DNA of 64,000 nucleotides from the NCBI GenBank assembly GCA_965228855.1, contig CBDDIJ010000005.1, forward strand, positions 1,152,001 to 1,216,000, written 5' to 3'. The position numbers were made by a program, and so were the translations under genes. The stretch's first letter is position 1, and every line of letters begins with the position of its first letter. A model generated the notes under the pieces. It made no database searches. It was not told the origin of the DNA and was given only the letters and a program-made list of their open reading frames with translations. Below, piece by piece: positions 29,251 to 39,758 of this stretch. The stretch comes from Candidatus Obscuribacterales bacterium (lineage in GTDB: Bacteria > Cyanobacteriota > Vampirovibrionia > Obscuribacterales > Obscuribacteraceae).

Positions 29251-30654
29251 ATGAGCGATCTAAATAAATCAAAAGAAATGAAACTGGTTTATGAAGGATC
29301 CGTAAAACGCCTCTGGCAATGCCCTTTCGACGATGACAGGTTGTGGTTTCAGTTCACCGATGATTATTCGATTTTTGATTGGGGCAAAATGCCCGACACA
29401 ATCGCCAACAAGGGACGCGCTCTCGCCTTCCTTGGAGCCCATTTTTTCGAAACCATGGCACCTGCGACTTTCTGGCAAGACCTGAAAGACTCTAAACATT
29501 TGAAGCGCTTCGGCGGAGATTGGTTGAAAAAACGATTCAACCATCCGGTCTATCAAAGTCTCTTATCATCAGGGTTAACGCATCATTTTAAACATCTGAG
29601 CAACGGAAAAGAAGCCTTTGAAAAAACAGGCATTGCCACCGCAGACAGTGCATATATGGAAGTACTGAAGGCCGAAGTACCAACCCCAGAATACCGAAAG
29701 ATTCTCAATCACGAGCTCTACTTCTATCCACATACATCCAGTCAGAATAAACGATACAAGCGCAGGCTCATCCCGCTGGAAATCGTCTTCAGATTCGGCA
29801 TGCCGGAGGGAAGCTCGCTGACAGGCCGTCTTCAAAAGAATCCCGCTTACTTGAAAGAGCTCGGTCTGCCCGCCACACCAACTCCGGGGGAATGGTTCCC
29901 TGTTCCCGTCATAGAATTCTTCACTAAACTCGAACCAAGTGACCGCCTGCTGAGCTGGACCGAAGCTAATCAGTTGTCCGGACTATCGGGAGAAGCCTTC
30001 GAGGCGCTGCTGGAAACTACGCTAGACTGCGCGCTTGCGCTTTATCACCTCTTCGCTGATAAAGGGCTTGAACTGTGGGACGGCAAATTTGAATTCGTCG
30101 TGGAATATCCCGATAGCGAATCGGGCGAGACGCTCAATGAGAAGAACGAACGCGTCAATGCAGAAGAGAAGAAGATACTTCCTCGCATCCTTCTGGCAGA
30201 CAGCATCGGTCCTGACGAGTTGCGCTTGATTTATCGCGGACACCATCTCTCTAAAGAATTGATTCGTCAAATCTATAAAGATACGACCTGGGCAAAAGCG
30301 CTGCAAAAATCCAAAGACCTCGCGAAACAACGTCTCGACTCAGACTTCAAACGCATCTGCGTGGAGGAACTTAAAGAGCAACCAGCAAAGCTCAACGACG
30401 AAGAAAGAAAAATCGTGGACGCGCTTTACGGAACACTCGCCAATCATCTGCGCGGCGCGGAAGTTTTCCCGGCTCACCCGACCATGGACGAATTCGTCGA
30501 CTCGCTGGATAAAGCGTTTTCCAAGAATCAAGAGAACACTAAAAATGGTTCTCCCGAAGATAAACAGACCCACCGCAAAGCGCCGAGTCAGAAAATCAAA
30601 ACTGCAATCGAGCAGGAGAAAGAAATCTCAGTGAAGTCGCGAGGGGAGAAATAG
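29251..30654 (+). CDS. purC: SAICAR synthetase, long form
   Basis: YEGSVK, FTDDYSIFDWGKMPDTIANKG, PLEIVFR, FFTKLE, DGKFEF, DSIGPDELR, SKELIR. Confidence 0.9.
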   Translation: MSDLNKSKEMKLVYEGSVKRLWQCPFDDDRLWFQFTDDYSIFDWGKMPDTIANKGRALAFLGAHFFETMAPATFWQDLKDSKHLKRFGGDWLKKRFNHPVYQSLLSSGLTHHFKHLSNGKEAFEKTGIATADSAYMEVLKAEVPTPEYRKILNHELYFYPHTSSQNKRYKRRLIPLEIVFRFGMPEGSSLTGRLQKNPAYLKELGLPATPTPGEWFPVPVIEFFTKLEPSDRLLSWTEANQLSGLSGEAFEALLETTLDCALALYHLFADKGLELWDGKFEFVVEYPDSESGETLNEKNERVNAEEKKILPRILLADSIGPDELRLIYRGHHLSKELIRQIYKDTTWAKALQKSKDLAKQRLDSDFKRICVEELKEQPAKLNDEERKIVDALYGTLANHLRGAEVFPAHPTMDEFVDSLDKAFSKNQENTKNGSPEDKQTHRKAPSQKIKTAIEQEKEISVKSRGEK

Positions 30655-30656
30655 TA

Positions 30657-31922
30657 ATGGACGTGCTTGTTGTCGGAAGCGGTGGACGTGAACACGCTCT
30701 CGTCTGGAAGATAGCACAGAGCTCACTGGTAGAACGGGTCTACTGCGCCCCGGGAAACGGCGGCACTGCCGGTGAATCCAAGACCATAAATGTGCCAATC
30801 AGCTCCGATCGGTTTGACGAACTGACGCAGTTCGCCACACAAAAGCAAATTGAATTTGTGGTAATAGGCCCGGACAATCCGCTCGCTGACGGCATAGTAG
30901 ATCACATGACAGAACGCGGACTAAAAGTTTTCGGTCCCAAGAAAGCCGGAGCAAAACTGGAATCGAGCAAGTCGCACGCAAAGAAGATGATGACGGAGCT
31001 TGGCATTCCAACCGCCCGCTACGGAGTGTTCGAGGAAAAAGAGTCGGCGCTGAAATTCGCCAGAGAGAACGACTGGGCACGCGTTGTTAAGGAAGACGGT
31101 CTGGCACTGGGCAAAGGTGTTTATGTCTGCGACGAACTTTCCGAGGTAGAGGCATCGCTGGAGAAACTGTATAGAATAAACCAGAACGCGGTGATCCTTC
31201 TTGAGGAGCGACTCAAGGGCGAGGAGCTATCACTGTTTCTCCTTTGTGACGGCAAAAGAACCTTAACGTTCGCCGATTGCCAGGATCATAAGCGCCGTTT
31301 CGACGGAGACAAAGGTCCCAACACAGGCGGCATGGGAGCTTATTCTCCAGTGCCTCTTTATGAGAAGAACAAACATACGATCGACGAACAGGTCGTAAAA
31401 CCAATTTCAAATGCGCTCGCGGACGGTCGCCTGGAATACAAAGGCGTCCTGTTCATCGGCATCATGATGCAGGACGGCGTACCTTATGTTTTAGAATTCA
31501 ATGCCCGTTTCGGCGATCCGGAAACACAGGCGATGATGCCCCGGCTAAAATCAGATTTGCTTCCCGCTCTGATCGCCTGCGCAGAAGGCAAACTAGACAC
31601 GATTACACTCGACTGGGATGAAAGATTTAGTTGCTGCGTGGTGGCGTGCGCTGAAAACTACCCGGAAAGCTCGTCTAAAGGCGAAGAGATTTTATTGCGC
31701 GGCGTCCCCGACGACGCGCACGTATTCCAGGCCGGCACAGCCATGGTGAATGACACACTCACCACTAATGGTGGCAGAGTCCTCGCCATCGTCACGTTGA
31801 ACGAACAACCGTCACTGGCCAGGGAAGCTGCTTATTCAGCGCTGAAAAGCGTTTCCTTCAAAGGAATGGATTATCGCAAAGACATCGCCTGGAGGGTCGC
31901 AGACCAGTGTCACTCAAAATAG
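30657..31922 (+). CDS. purD: Phosphoribosylamine--glycine ligase
   Basis: GSGGREHAL, DGLALGKGV, GPNTGGMGAYSP, EFNARFGDPE. Confidence 0.97.
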   Translation: MDVLVVGSGGREHALVWKIAQSSLVERVYCAPGNGGTAGESKTINVPISSDRFDELTQFATQKQIEFVVIGPDNPLADGIVDHMTERGLKVFGPKKAGAKLESSKSHAKKMMTELGIPTARYGVFEEKESALKFARENDWARVVKEDGLALGKGVYVCDELSEVEASLEKLYRINQNAVILLEERLKGEELSLFLLCDGKRTLTFADCQDHKRRFDGDKGPNTGGMGAYSPVPLYEKNKHTIDEQVVKPISNALADGRLEYKGVLFIGIMMQDGVPYVLEFNARFGDPETQAMMPRLKSDLLPALIACAEGKLDTITLDWDERFSCCVVACAENYPESSSKGEEILLRGVPDDAHVFQAGTAMVNDTLTTNGGRVLAIVTLNEQPSLAREAAYSALKSVSFKGMDYRKDIAWRVADQCHSK

Positions 31923-32530
31923 CGGTCTTTATCTCCGGTCGCGGCTCCAATCTCAACGCGATAATCCAAGCTATAAGCGATAAAACTCTCGACGCTCAAA
32001 TTCAATGTGTCGTTTCCAACGACCCGGAAGCACCAGGATTGCTCATTGCCAAGCAGCATGGTCTGTCAACATTCGGACTTGCCCATAAAGGTATGAAGCG
32101 CCGTGAGCACGAAGAAAAGATACTGGAGCACTTGAAACAGTACGAAATCGATTTCATCGTCCTGGCGGGATACATGCGCCTAATCAGTCCGGAGTTCCTG
32201 CAAAACTTCAAAGATGACGGCGGCTTCTATCGAGTAGTAAATATTCATCCATCACTACTTCCCTCATTCCCCGGCGTAAGTGGATACGAGGATGCATTCA
32301 ATTATGGCGTCAAGGTTTCCGGCGTCACCGTTCACCTTGTCGATGAAGAGCTTGACAGGGGAACGATTCTTGCGCAAGTTCCTTTTCCGCGATTTCCCGA
32401 TGACACCCTCACCACATTTAGTGCACGCGGACTTTCGGTGGAGCACGCGCTCTATCCGGCAGTTCTCCAGACAATCGCCAAAGAAGGCGTAAAACTCACT
32501 CCCAAGCATAAGGTGGAAGCGAAAAAGTGA
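31907..32530 (+). CDS. purN: GAR transformylase
   Basis: SGRGSNL, LAGYMR, NIHPSLLP, GVTVH. Confidence 0.97.
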   Translation: MSLKIAVFISGRGSNLNAIIQAISDKTLDAQIQCVVSNDPEAPGLLIAKQHGLSTFGLAHKGMKRREHEEKILEHLKQYEIDFIVLAGYMRLISPEFLQNFKDDGGFYRVVNIHPSLLPSFPGVSGYEDAFNYGVKVSGVTVHLVDEELDRGTILAQVPFPRFPDDTLTTFSARGLSVEHALYPAVLQTIAKEGVKLTPKHKVEAKK

Positions 32531-35500
32531 CCAAAACGGCAAATAGCGAAATCGGCACAGAATCAACCTCTTCGTCAGGTAAGACCGAGGTGCTCTCCTT
32601 CGCTGTAATCGCGGAAGATGAAAGCAATCTGCCTGTTTACTGGATCAAATACGATCCGGCAGTCACTGGAGAACGGCAACTAATAGACTCCTTGAACGAA
32701 ATTCTGGTAGACCCGGTTTTTCAAAAAGGAACCGTAGTCAAGGAAGATCGAATGAACGATCTCCTAAACTCGTTCAAAACAAGCGGGTTTCGATGGCTGG
32801 CATTGAAACAATTCTTGCCCGGAGTTACCGATAACCTGGCCCACACAATTGCTGAAGCGTTGAAACTCAAAGGCGTCGACGCATTAGGCGTCGCATCCGG
32901 CTCCGGCCACCTGTTCGCTGCCGCCGGTTTCAATACTTCCGAAGAAGTTCAATCTCACGCTCAATATAAACTGTATCATCCGCTCGTGGAAAAGCTGATT
33001 GTAATCGACCTGGACTCATCCTCGAAGAATGCCTCTATCCCAGGATTTCCCGATGTTCTCAGTTCCAAAACCAGACCGCCCGAGACCATTGAGCTTTCGG
33101 GTCTGTCCGATGCGCAACTCGTTTCAATGAGCAAGGAACGCTTGCTTGCTCTGACACTCGAAGAGATGCAAGCAATTCGCGATTACTACGAAAAGAAGGA
33201 AGTTTCCGAATCACGTAAGAAATTGAATCTTCCAGCTGCACCTACCGATGTGGAACTCGAAGTGATTGCTCAGACCTGGTCCGAGCACTGCAAACACAAA
33301 ATCTTCAGTGCGAAAATCGAATACAAAGAGAAGAAAGATTCGAAGGACAATGCTCCGAAGACCTTAAGCGTTGATTCGTTGTATAAAACCTTCATCAAAG
33401 GTGCCACTCGCGAACTTTCTCCACGCCGCCCTGACCTGCTCTCTGTCTTTGAAGATAATTCCGGCGTAGTTAAGTGGAACGAGGACAGCGCAGTGTGTTT
33501 TAAGGTTGAAACACACAACTCGCCATCCGCGTTGGAACCGTACGGAGGAGCATTGACCGGCATCCTGGGCGTCAATAGAGACATCCTCGGTACCGGCCTT
33601 GGTGCCAAACCGATCTTCAATACTGACATATTCTGCTTCGCCCATCCGGATTCGAACCTGGCGGAGCGCCCAAAAATGTTGCCACCGGCAGCGATACCGT
33701 CCGGCGTTCGCAGAGGCGTTCAAGACGGCGGCAATAAGAGCGGGATTCCGACGGTCAACGGCTCGCTCTTTTTCCACGACGGCTACCGTGCGAAGCCGCT
33801 GGTCTTTTGCGGCACCGGAGGCATACTGCCGATTAAACGCGACGGAATCAATCTCTACGAAAAGCATACGAAATCCGGCGATCGTATAGTCATGGTCGGC
33901 GGACGGGTCGGGAAAGACGGCATCCACGGCGCCACCTTCTCGTCCGAATCAATGCACGAAGGTTCACCTGTCACCGCAGTCCAAATTGGCGACCCGTTCA
34001 CGCAGAAGCGCGTCATAGATTTCGTGCTTGCAGCACGCGATAACGGCTTGATTAGCGGCATTACAGACAACGGCGCCGGCGGTTTATCCTCTTCGGTCGG
34101 GGAGATGGCGACCTTCACCGGCGGTGCCTCAATCGACCTCGACGAAGTTCCTCTAAAATATCCCGGTCTCGACGACTGGCAAATCGTAGTATCGGAATCT
34201 CAAGAACGCATGACGATCTCAACTTCTCAAGTCGCGGAACTGAAAGAGCTGGCTGAAGCATACAAAGTAGAAGTCAGCGACATCGGTGAGTTCCACGATC
34301 GCGGATACTTCGAGATCAAACGCGGAGAAAAAACAGTCGGAGTGCTCGATCTGAAGTTTCTACACGATGGATATCCACGTCTGGAATTGCAGGCCGAGTG
34401 GTACCCGATGTCGGAGTCGGAACTAGCCGAAGCGCAGAAATCGCACGGTGAGAACAAAACTACACTGGGAACGAAAACACTGGCAAGATTGGCTTCGGCG
34501 CTCGAAACGAATTCACTGAACACGCAGCTTCAAACCCTGCTCTCACACCCCAACATAGCCAGCAAAGAATTTCTCATCCGCCAGTACGATCACGAGGTTC
34601 AAGGAGCTAGCGTAATCAAGCCTCTGATGGGAACTGCTCAATCCGCACCCTGCGACGCCGCCGTGTTGAAACCGGTATTGAGCGAAGCGGCAGGTCTGGT
34701 GGTTTCAAATGGGATGTGCCCACAGTGGAGCATTCACGATCCTTACCTGATGGCGGTGTCCGCAGTCGACGAAGCCGTTCGCAACGCCGTTGCTGTCGGT
34801 GTCGATCCGGAAACCGTCTGCGTTCTCGACAACTTCTGTTGGCCAGACCCCGTAAAGTCAGAGCGCAACCCGGATGGCGATTATAAACTCGGTCAGCTGG
34901 TCAGAACCTGCCAGGGTCTGTACGACATCTGCATCGAATATGGTGCACCTCTGATATCCGGCAAAGACAGTATGAAAAACGACTTCGATGACGGCGTGAT
35001 CAGGCTTTCGATTCCACCGACTCTGCTCGTCTCCGCGATTGGAAAAACTCCGGACAGTTTGAAAGTCGTGACCATGCAGTTCAAACAAGCAGGCGATTTG
35101 ATTTACATTCTGAGCGCGGGCTCTACCGCTTTGACAGGCAGTCACTACGGCGCTCTGTTTGAATCAGCCGGGACTGCGCTGCCGAGTCTGAATCTCAAAG
35201 CCGCGCACCGACTATATAAAACACTGTTCAAGGCAATCCAAAACGGTCTTGTGAATTCTGCCCACGATACCTCAGAAGGCGGCTTAGCAGTTGCTCTTGC
35301 CGAATGTTGCATCGGAAGCAGTTTAGGCGCAAACCTTCCACTCGAGGACGTCCTTCAAGCAATGAATAAGTCGCGAGAAAACGCAAGCCGTGAAGCGAGA
35401 GTGAAAACGAAAGCGACTGCGCCACTTGATGATTCGATGAAGTCAGCACTGGCACTGTTCGGAGAAGGTCCCGGAACAATGGTCGTAACGGTTTCTCCGC

Positions 35501-35679
35501 GAAACGTTTCGGCGTGGGAGCAACTCTGGGATGATGACTCAATAGTTTCCGCCCATATCGGCACCGTCAGTGGTGACGCTCGACTTCTGATTTCCGGACA
35601 ATCCAGTAACATGCCCGGTATCGACCTGAGTTTAAATCAGCTTAAAACCGCATGGACTGCGCCCCTACCGTTTGACTAA
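32527..35679 (+). CDS. purL: FGAM synthase PurL with N-terminal PurS-like extension
   Basis: QTWSEHCKH, KVETHNSPS, SESQERM, QYDHEVQ, GKDSM, HDTSEGG; N-terminal LVDPV, FLPGVTDN, LYHPLVE. Confidence 0.93.
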   Translation: MTKTANSEIGTESTSSSGKTEVLSFAVIAEDESNLPVYWIKYDPAVTGERQLIDSLNEILVDPVFQKGTVVKEDRMNDLLNSFKTSGFRWLALKQFLPGVTDNLAHTIAEALKLKGVDALGVASGSGHLFAAAGFNTSEEVQSHAQYKLYHPLVEKLIVIDLDSSSKNASIPGFPDVLSSKTRPPETIELSGLSDAQLVSMSKERLLALTLEEMQAIRDYYEKKEVSESRKKLNLPAAPTDVELEVIAQTWSEHCKHKIFSAKIEYKEKKDSKDNAPKTLSVDSLYKTFIKGATRELSPRRPDLLSVFEDNSGVVKWNEDSAVCFKVETHNSPSALEPYGGALTGILGVNRDILGTGLGAKPIFNTDIFCFAHPDSNLAERPKMLPPAAIPSGVRRGVQDGGNKSGIPTVNGSLFFHDGYRAKPLVFCGTGGILPIKRDGINLYEKHTKSGDRIVMVGGRVGKDGIHGATFSSESMHEGSPVTAVQIGDPFTQKRVIDFVLAARDNGLISGITDNGAGGLSSSVGEMATFTGGASIDLDEVPLKYPGLDDWQIVVSESQERMTISTSQVAELKELAEAYKVEVSDIGEFHDRGYFEIKRGEKTVGVLDLKFLHDGYPRLELQAEWYPMSESELAEAQKSHGENKTTLGTKTLARLASALETNSLNTQLQTLLSHPNIASKEFLIRQYDHEVQGASVIKPLMGTAQSAPCDAAVLKPVLSEAAGLVVSNGMCPQWSIHDPYLMAVSAVDEAVRNAVAVGVDPETVCVLDNFCWPDPVKSERNPDGDYKLGQLVRTCQGLYDICIEYGAPLISGKDSMKNDFDDGVIRLSIPPTLLVSAIGKTPDSLKVVTMQFKQAGDLIYILSAGSTALTGSHYGALFESAGTALPSLNLKAAHRLYKTLFKAIQNGLVNSAHDTSEGGLAVALAECCIGSSLGANLPLEDVLQAMNKSRENASREARVKTKATAPLDDSMKSALALFGEGPGTMVVTVSPRNVSAWEQLWDDDSIVSAHIGTVSGDARLLISGQSSNMPGIDLSLNQLKTAWTAPLPFD

Positions 35680-35689
35680 AGGAGACTCG

Positions 35690-36469
35690 ATGAAAGCGCC
35701 CAAAGCGATAGTAATATCCGGAGATGGTATCAACTGCGAATCTGAGACTCGCTTTGGACTCGATCTTGCCGGCTTTCAGTCGCAAGAGATTCACATCGCC
35801 GCCCTTCTTGCCAATCCGAAGATTTTAAACAATTTCTCGCTACTTGTTTTCCCAGGCGGATTTTCATTCGGCGATGAAATCGCAAGTGGCAGGGTCATCG
35901 CCATCAAATGGATGGAAAAACTCAACGAGATTACAGCGGAGTTCATCGACAGAGGAAATCTGGTTATAGGCATTTGCAACGGTTTTCAAATGCTGGTGCA
36001 GATGAATCTCCTGCCGGAAATGAAAACACCAGGCGAAAAAATTGTCAGCCTGGTTCATAACTCGGGCGGGCGTTTCATAAATCGCTGGGTGGAAATGACG
36101 GTTCCGCTCCACGCTCAAAAAGGTTACTTCGCGTCCCTTGAAAATATCGAACTTCCGATCCGCCACGGCGAAGGTCGCATCCGTCCAGCCGCTGGACACG
36201 AGGATATTATCGAACAACATGGCGTTCTGAATTACGTCGAAGATATAAACGGCAGCTTTAAAAGAATTGCAGCGCTTACGAATAGCAGGGGAAACGTCCT
36301 TGGTCTCATGCCGCACCCGGAGGCATTCGTGCGCTTCTCGCAACATCCAGCCTGGACAGACCGCGTTCATCGCGCGAACATTGCCCCCAGTGACGAAACC
36401 TTCGAGGGTCGAGGTCCTGATGGACTGGCGATTCTCAAGAATGCCTGCGCAATGGCGCAAAACAACTGA
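35690..36469 (+). CDS. purQ: FGAM synthase glutaminase subunit
   Basis: GINCE, PGGFSFGD, GICNGFQ, HGEG, GLMPHPE; AAGGAG SD before ATG 35690. Confidence 0.96.
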   Translation: MKAPKAIVISGDGINCESETRFGLDLAGFQSQEIHIAALLANPKILNNFSLLVFPGGFSFGDEIASGRVIAIKWMEKLNEITAEFIDRGNLVIGICNGFQMLVQMNLLPEMKTPGEKIVSLVHNSGGRFINRWVEMTVPLHAQKGYFASLENIELPIRHGEGRIRPAAGHEDIIEQHGVLNYVEDINGSFKRIAALTNSRGNVLGLMPHPEAFVRFSQHPAWTDRVHRANIAPSDETFEGRGPDGLAILKNACAMAQNN

Positions 36470-36483
36470 GTGAGGAGAGGATA

Positions 36484-37497
36484 ATGGAGCCGAAAACCTA
36501 CGCCGAAGCAGGAGTCGACATTCACAAAGCCGACGCATTCGTCGCAAGATTGAAACACTCGGCGCGCCGCGACGGTCACAAGCGGCTCTGGCCGGCAGCC
36601 GGCGGTTACGCATCCGTTTACCCCGTCGCCGGCAACCTGGCAGTTGCCCTCACCACCGATGGTGTCGGCACCAAGTTGCTTCTCGGTCTCGAACAAAAAA
36701 AACTCGACACCATCGGTATAGACCTGGTCGCCATGTGCGTCAATGACCTCCTTTGCGTCGGAGCCACCCCGGCGACTTTCCTCGACTATTACGCGACTGG
36801 GAAACTAGACGAACAGCTCTCTGACGACCTGGTAGCAGGTATTATCGAAGGCTGCGATCAATCAGGAATGCTGCTTGTGGGTGGGGAAACCGCCGAGCTT
36901 CCCGACCTCTACCAGCACGGACATTTCGACTTAGCCGGCTTCGCCATGGGAACGGTTTCGCGCGAAGCGTTGATCACCGGGGAAAACCTGAAGCCAGGCG
37001 ATAAAATAATCGGTGTCGCATCAAGCGGCGTGCACTCGAATGGTTTCTCTCTAGCCAGGAAACTTATTGCTCAAGATCACCCGCTGCGTCAGACCCTTCT
37101 TACGCCGACGGCAATCTACGCCCAGCCAGTGGTGAGGCTTTCGAACGAATATCCGGGCGCTATAAAGGGTGCCGCTCACATCACCGGCGGTGGCTGGACA
37201 AACATTACGAGGCCAAATAAGTCGCTCGGATATGTGATTGAAAACCACCTCCCTGTGCCGGAAGTAATGAAGTTTATGAGCGAGACAGTCGCTATAGAAG
37301 AGATGTATAAAACATTCAACATGGGCATGGGATTCTGCATAATGACCGATGCCGCTCATGTCGACAAAGTGATTGAGACCTTCCAGGCATCACAGTTTAA
37401 CGCGATGGTCGTTGGAGAAATATTTGATAAGAAACCGGCTCTAACGATTAGAGGAGTCAGTCAAAAGGAGATCGTGTTTGCGACATCCGCGAAGTAG
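36484..37497 (+). CDS. purM: AIR synthetase
   Basis: YAEAGVD, DGVGTK, GIDLVAMCVND, GGETAE, HSNGFSL, HITGGG, FNMGMG. Confidence 0.97.
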   Translation: MEPKTYAEAGVDIHKADAFVARLKHSARRDGHKRLWPAAGGYASVYPVAGNLAVALTTDGVGTKLLLGLEQKKLDTIGIDLVAMCVNDLLCVGATPATFLDYYATGKLDEQLSDDLVAGIIEGCDQSGMLLVGGETAELPDLYQHGHFDLAGFAMGTVSREALITGENLKPGDKIIGVASSGVHSNGFSLARKLIAQDHPLRQTLLTPTAIYAQPVVRLSNEYPGAIKGAAHITGGGWTNITRPNKSLGYVIENHLPVPEVMKFMSETVAIEEMYKTFNMGMGFCIMTDAAHVDKVIETFQASQFNAMVVGEIFDKKPALTIRGVSQKEIVFATSAK

Positions 37498-37603
37498 AAG
37501 TTAAAACGATCCGAGCTGCCTGATCGAAATGAAACCACTAAACTGAAAATTCAAGCCCAAACTACAACTACCGCACCGCATCAACGCCACCAAGGAGAGA
37601 AAA

Positions 37604-39196
37604 ATGCCGACCGCACTAATCAGCGTCTCAGACAAAACAGGATTGATCGATTTCCTGAAGGAGCTTCGCAAGCACGACAAAGACTACAAATTCGTAGCCA
37701 CCACAAGCACCGCCGAACACCTCAAGGAAAACAAAATCGACTGCATCACAGTTGAGAGCATAACGAAGTTTCCAGAGATTCTGGGCGGTCGCGTCAAGAC
37801 ACTGCACCCGAATATTTTCGCAGGCATCCTCGCTCGCGCCACGGATGAAGATCGCGCGACTCTGAAGGAAATCGGTTTAGAAGAAATAGATATGGTTGTC
37901 GTCAACCTGTATCCGTTTGAAAAGAAACTGCAAGAAGGTCTTCCCGAGCCCAAGATGATTGAGCAAATTGACGTCGGCGGTCCTTCAATGATCAGAGCGG
38001 CGGCGAAGAACTTCGATCGGGTCGCGGTCGTTTGCGATCCGGAACAGTATAAGGCGGTTCTTGAAACGATGACCGCCAACTCTGGCAAACTCACCAAAGA
38101 CTTCCGCCGGGAACTCTCATCCCAAGCCTTTCAACGGACCATGCGCTACGATACTGCAATCAGCGGATATATGTTGGAGCGCGTAGCTGCTGCAAAGACG
38201 GCCGAGTCGTCCAACGGCGATTCAAAAGCGATGCCTGAAAATGTAAGCGTCAGTCTCGCCCAGCACCAAAAACTCCGGTACGGCGAAAACCCACACCAAT
38301 CCGCAGTTTGGTACGCTCCGAATAGACACCACGCCGCCTCCTCCGACATTAGCTTTCCTCCTTTCGAACAATTGCAAGGAAAGGAAATGTCGTCTAACAA
38401 TATCGTTGATACCTTCGCATTGGTAAAGTTCCTTCGCGAGATGGACGACCCTGCATGCTGTATCATCAAGCACAATAATCCATGTGGAATAGCGCGCGGC
38501 AAGACTTTGCACGAAGCATTCACCAAAGCACACCAGACCAATCCGGTCTCCGCATTTGGTGGCATCTTCGGTTTCACAAGCGAAGTTACAGAAGAGATCG
38601 CAAAAGAAGTAACGAAGGATTTCATAGAAATCGTCGCAGCTCCGTCGTTTAGCAAAGGCGCAATGGACGTGCTTTTGAAGAAGAAAAACGTTCGCGTGCT
38701 CAAATTCAAGCAGGGCGTTCTCCAGCATCAAGAATCAGACAAATGGCATGCTCGCGACCTGCAAGATTTCGGTTGGATAATCGAGCGAAGCGATGAACCC
38801 GCCCCGCCGGTGGACAACTTCGAATGCGTTGCCGGCACCTATCCAAGCGACCTGAAGGACGACATCAAGTTCGCCTGGGGCGTCGTAAAACACCTGACTT
38901 CAAACGCCATCTTCATCGCTAAAGATGGCGTATCACTCGGCTTCGGCATTGGTCAAACCAGCCGAATCGCCAGCGTCAAAATTGCTCTTGAAGAAGCTGG
39001 TGAAAAAGCAAGAGGCGCAATCCTCGCAAGTGATGCCTTCTTCCCTGCAACCGACAACATCGAAGAAGCTGCAAAAGCCGGTATCAAAGTTATCGTCCAA
39101 CCAGGCGGTAGCATCAAGGATCCGGACGTTATCGAGGCTTGCAAGGAAAAAGGAATTACGATGCTCCTGACCGGGCAACGTTGTTTCAAACACTAA
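37604..39196 (+). CDS. purH: Bifunctional AICAR transformylase/IMP cyclohydrolase
   Basis: [50 protein letters not shown]. Confidence 0.97.
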   Translation: MPTALISVSDKTGLIDFLKELRKHDKDYKFVATTSTAEHLKENKIDCITVESITKFPEILGGRVKTLHPNIFAGILARATDEDRATLKEIGLEEIDMVVVNLYPFEKKLQEGLPEPKMIEQIDVGGPSMIRAAAKNFDRVAVVCDPEQYKAVLETMTANSGKLTKDFRRELSSQAFQRTMRYDTAISGYMLERVAAAKTAESSNGDSKAMPENVSVSLAQHQKLRYGENPHQSAVWYAPNRHHAASSDISFPPFEQLQGKEMSSNNIVDTFALVKFLREMDDPACCIIKHNNPCGIARGKTLHEAFTKAHQTNPVSAFGGIFGFTSEVTEEIAKEVTKDFIEIVAAPSFSKGAMDVLLKKKNVRVLKFKQGVLQHQESDKWHARDLQDFGWIIERSDEPAPPVDNFECVAGTYPSDLKDDIKFAWGVVKHLTSNAIFIAKDGVSLGFGIGQTSRIASVKIALEEAGEKARGAILASDAFFPATDNIEEAAKAGIKVIVQPGGSIKDPDVIEACKEKGITMLLTGQRCFKH

Positions 39197-39230
39197 AGCG
39201 AACTCAACAACCCATAATTCGAGGTTCAAA

Positions 39231-39758
39231 GTGGTTGACAATAAACAGATACAAGTCGGAATCGTAATGGGAAGTTCATCCGATTACGAGACGATGAAGC
39301 ATGCCGAAGACATACTGATTGAATTCGAAGTGCCATACGAGATTCAGGTAGTCAGCGCCCACAGAACCCCGAAACTCATGTACGAATACGCCGAGAAGGC
39401 AAAGTCCAGAGGATTGAAAGTTATCATTGCCGGAGCAGGTGGCGCCGCCCACCTGCCCGGCATGATTTCGGCCATGACACCGCTGCCGGTGCTGGGCGTG
39501 CCTGTGAAATCGAGAGCTTTGAACGGTTTAGATAGTCTGCTATCGATTGTTCAAATGCCCGGTGGCGTTCCAACCGCGACATTCGCGGTTGGAGAGAGCG
39601 GCGCCCTCAATGCGGCCCTCTTCGCCGTACGCATGCTGTCATTGACTGACGATGACCTGGCTATCAAGCTCGACGAATTTATCGTAAAGAAGGCAAATCA
39701 AGCACTCGCAGGAAACGAAACTGTTCAAGCTCGCATAAAATCCGGAGAATATCTGTAA
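39231..39758 (+). CDS. purE: N5-CAIR mutase
   Basis: [31 protein letters not shown]. Confidence 0.97.
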   Translation: MVDNKQIQVGIVMGSSSDYETMKHAEDILIEFEVPYEIQVVSAHRTPKLMYEYAEKAKSRGLKVIIAGAGGAAHLPGMISAMTPLPVLGVPVKSRALNGLDSLLSIVQMPGGVPTATFAVGESGALNAALFAVRMLSLTDDDLAIKLDEFIVKKANQALAGNETVQARIKSGEYL

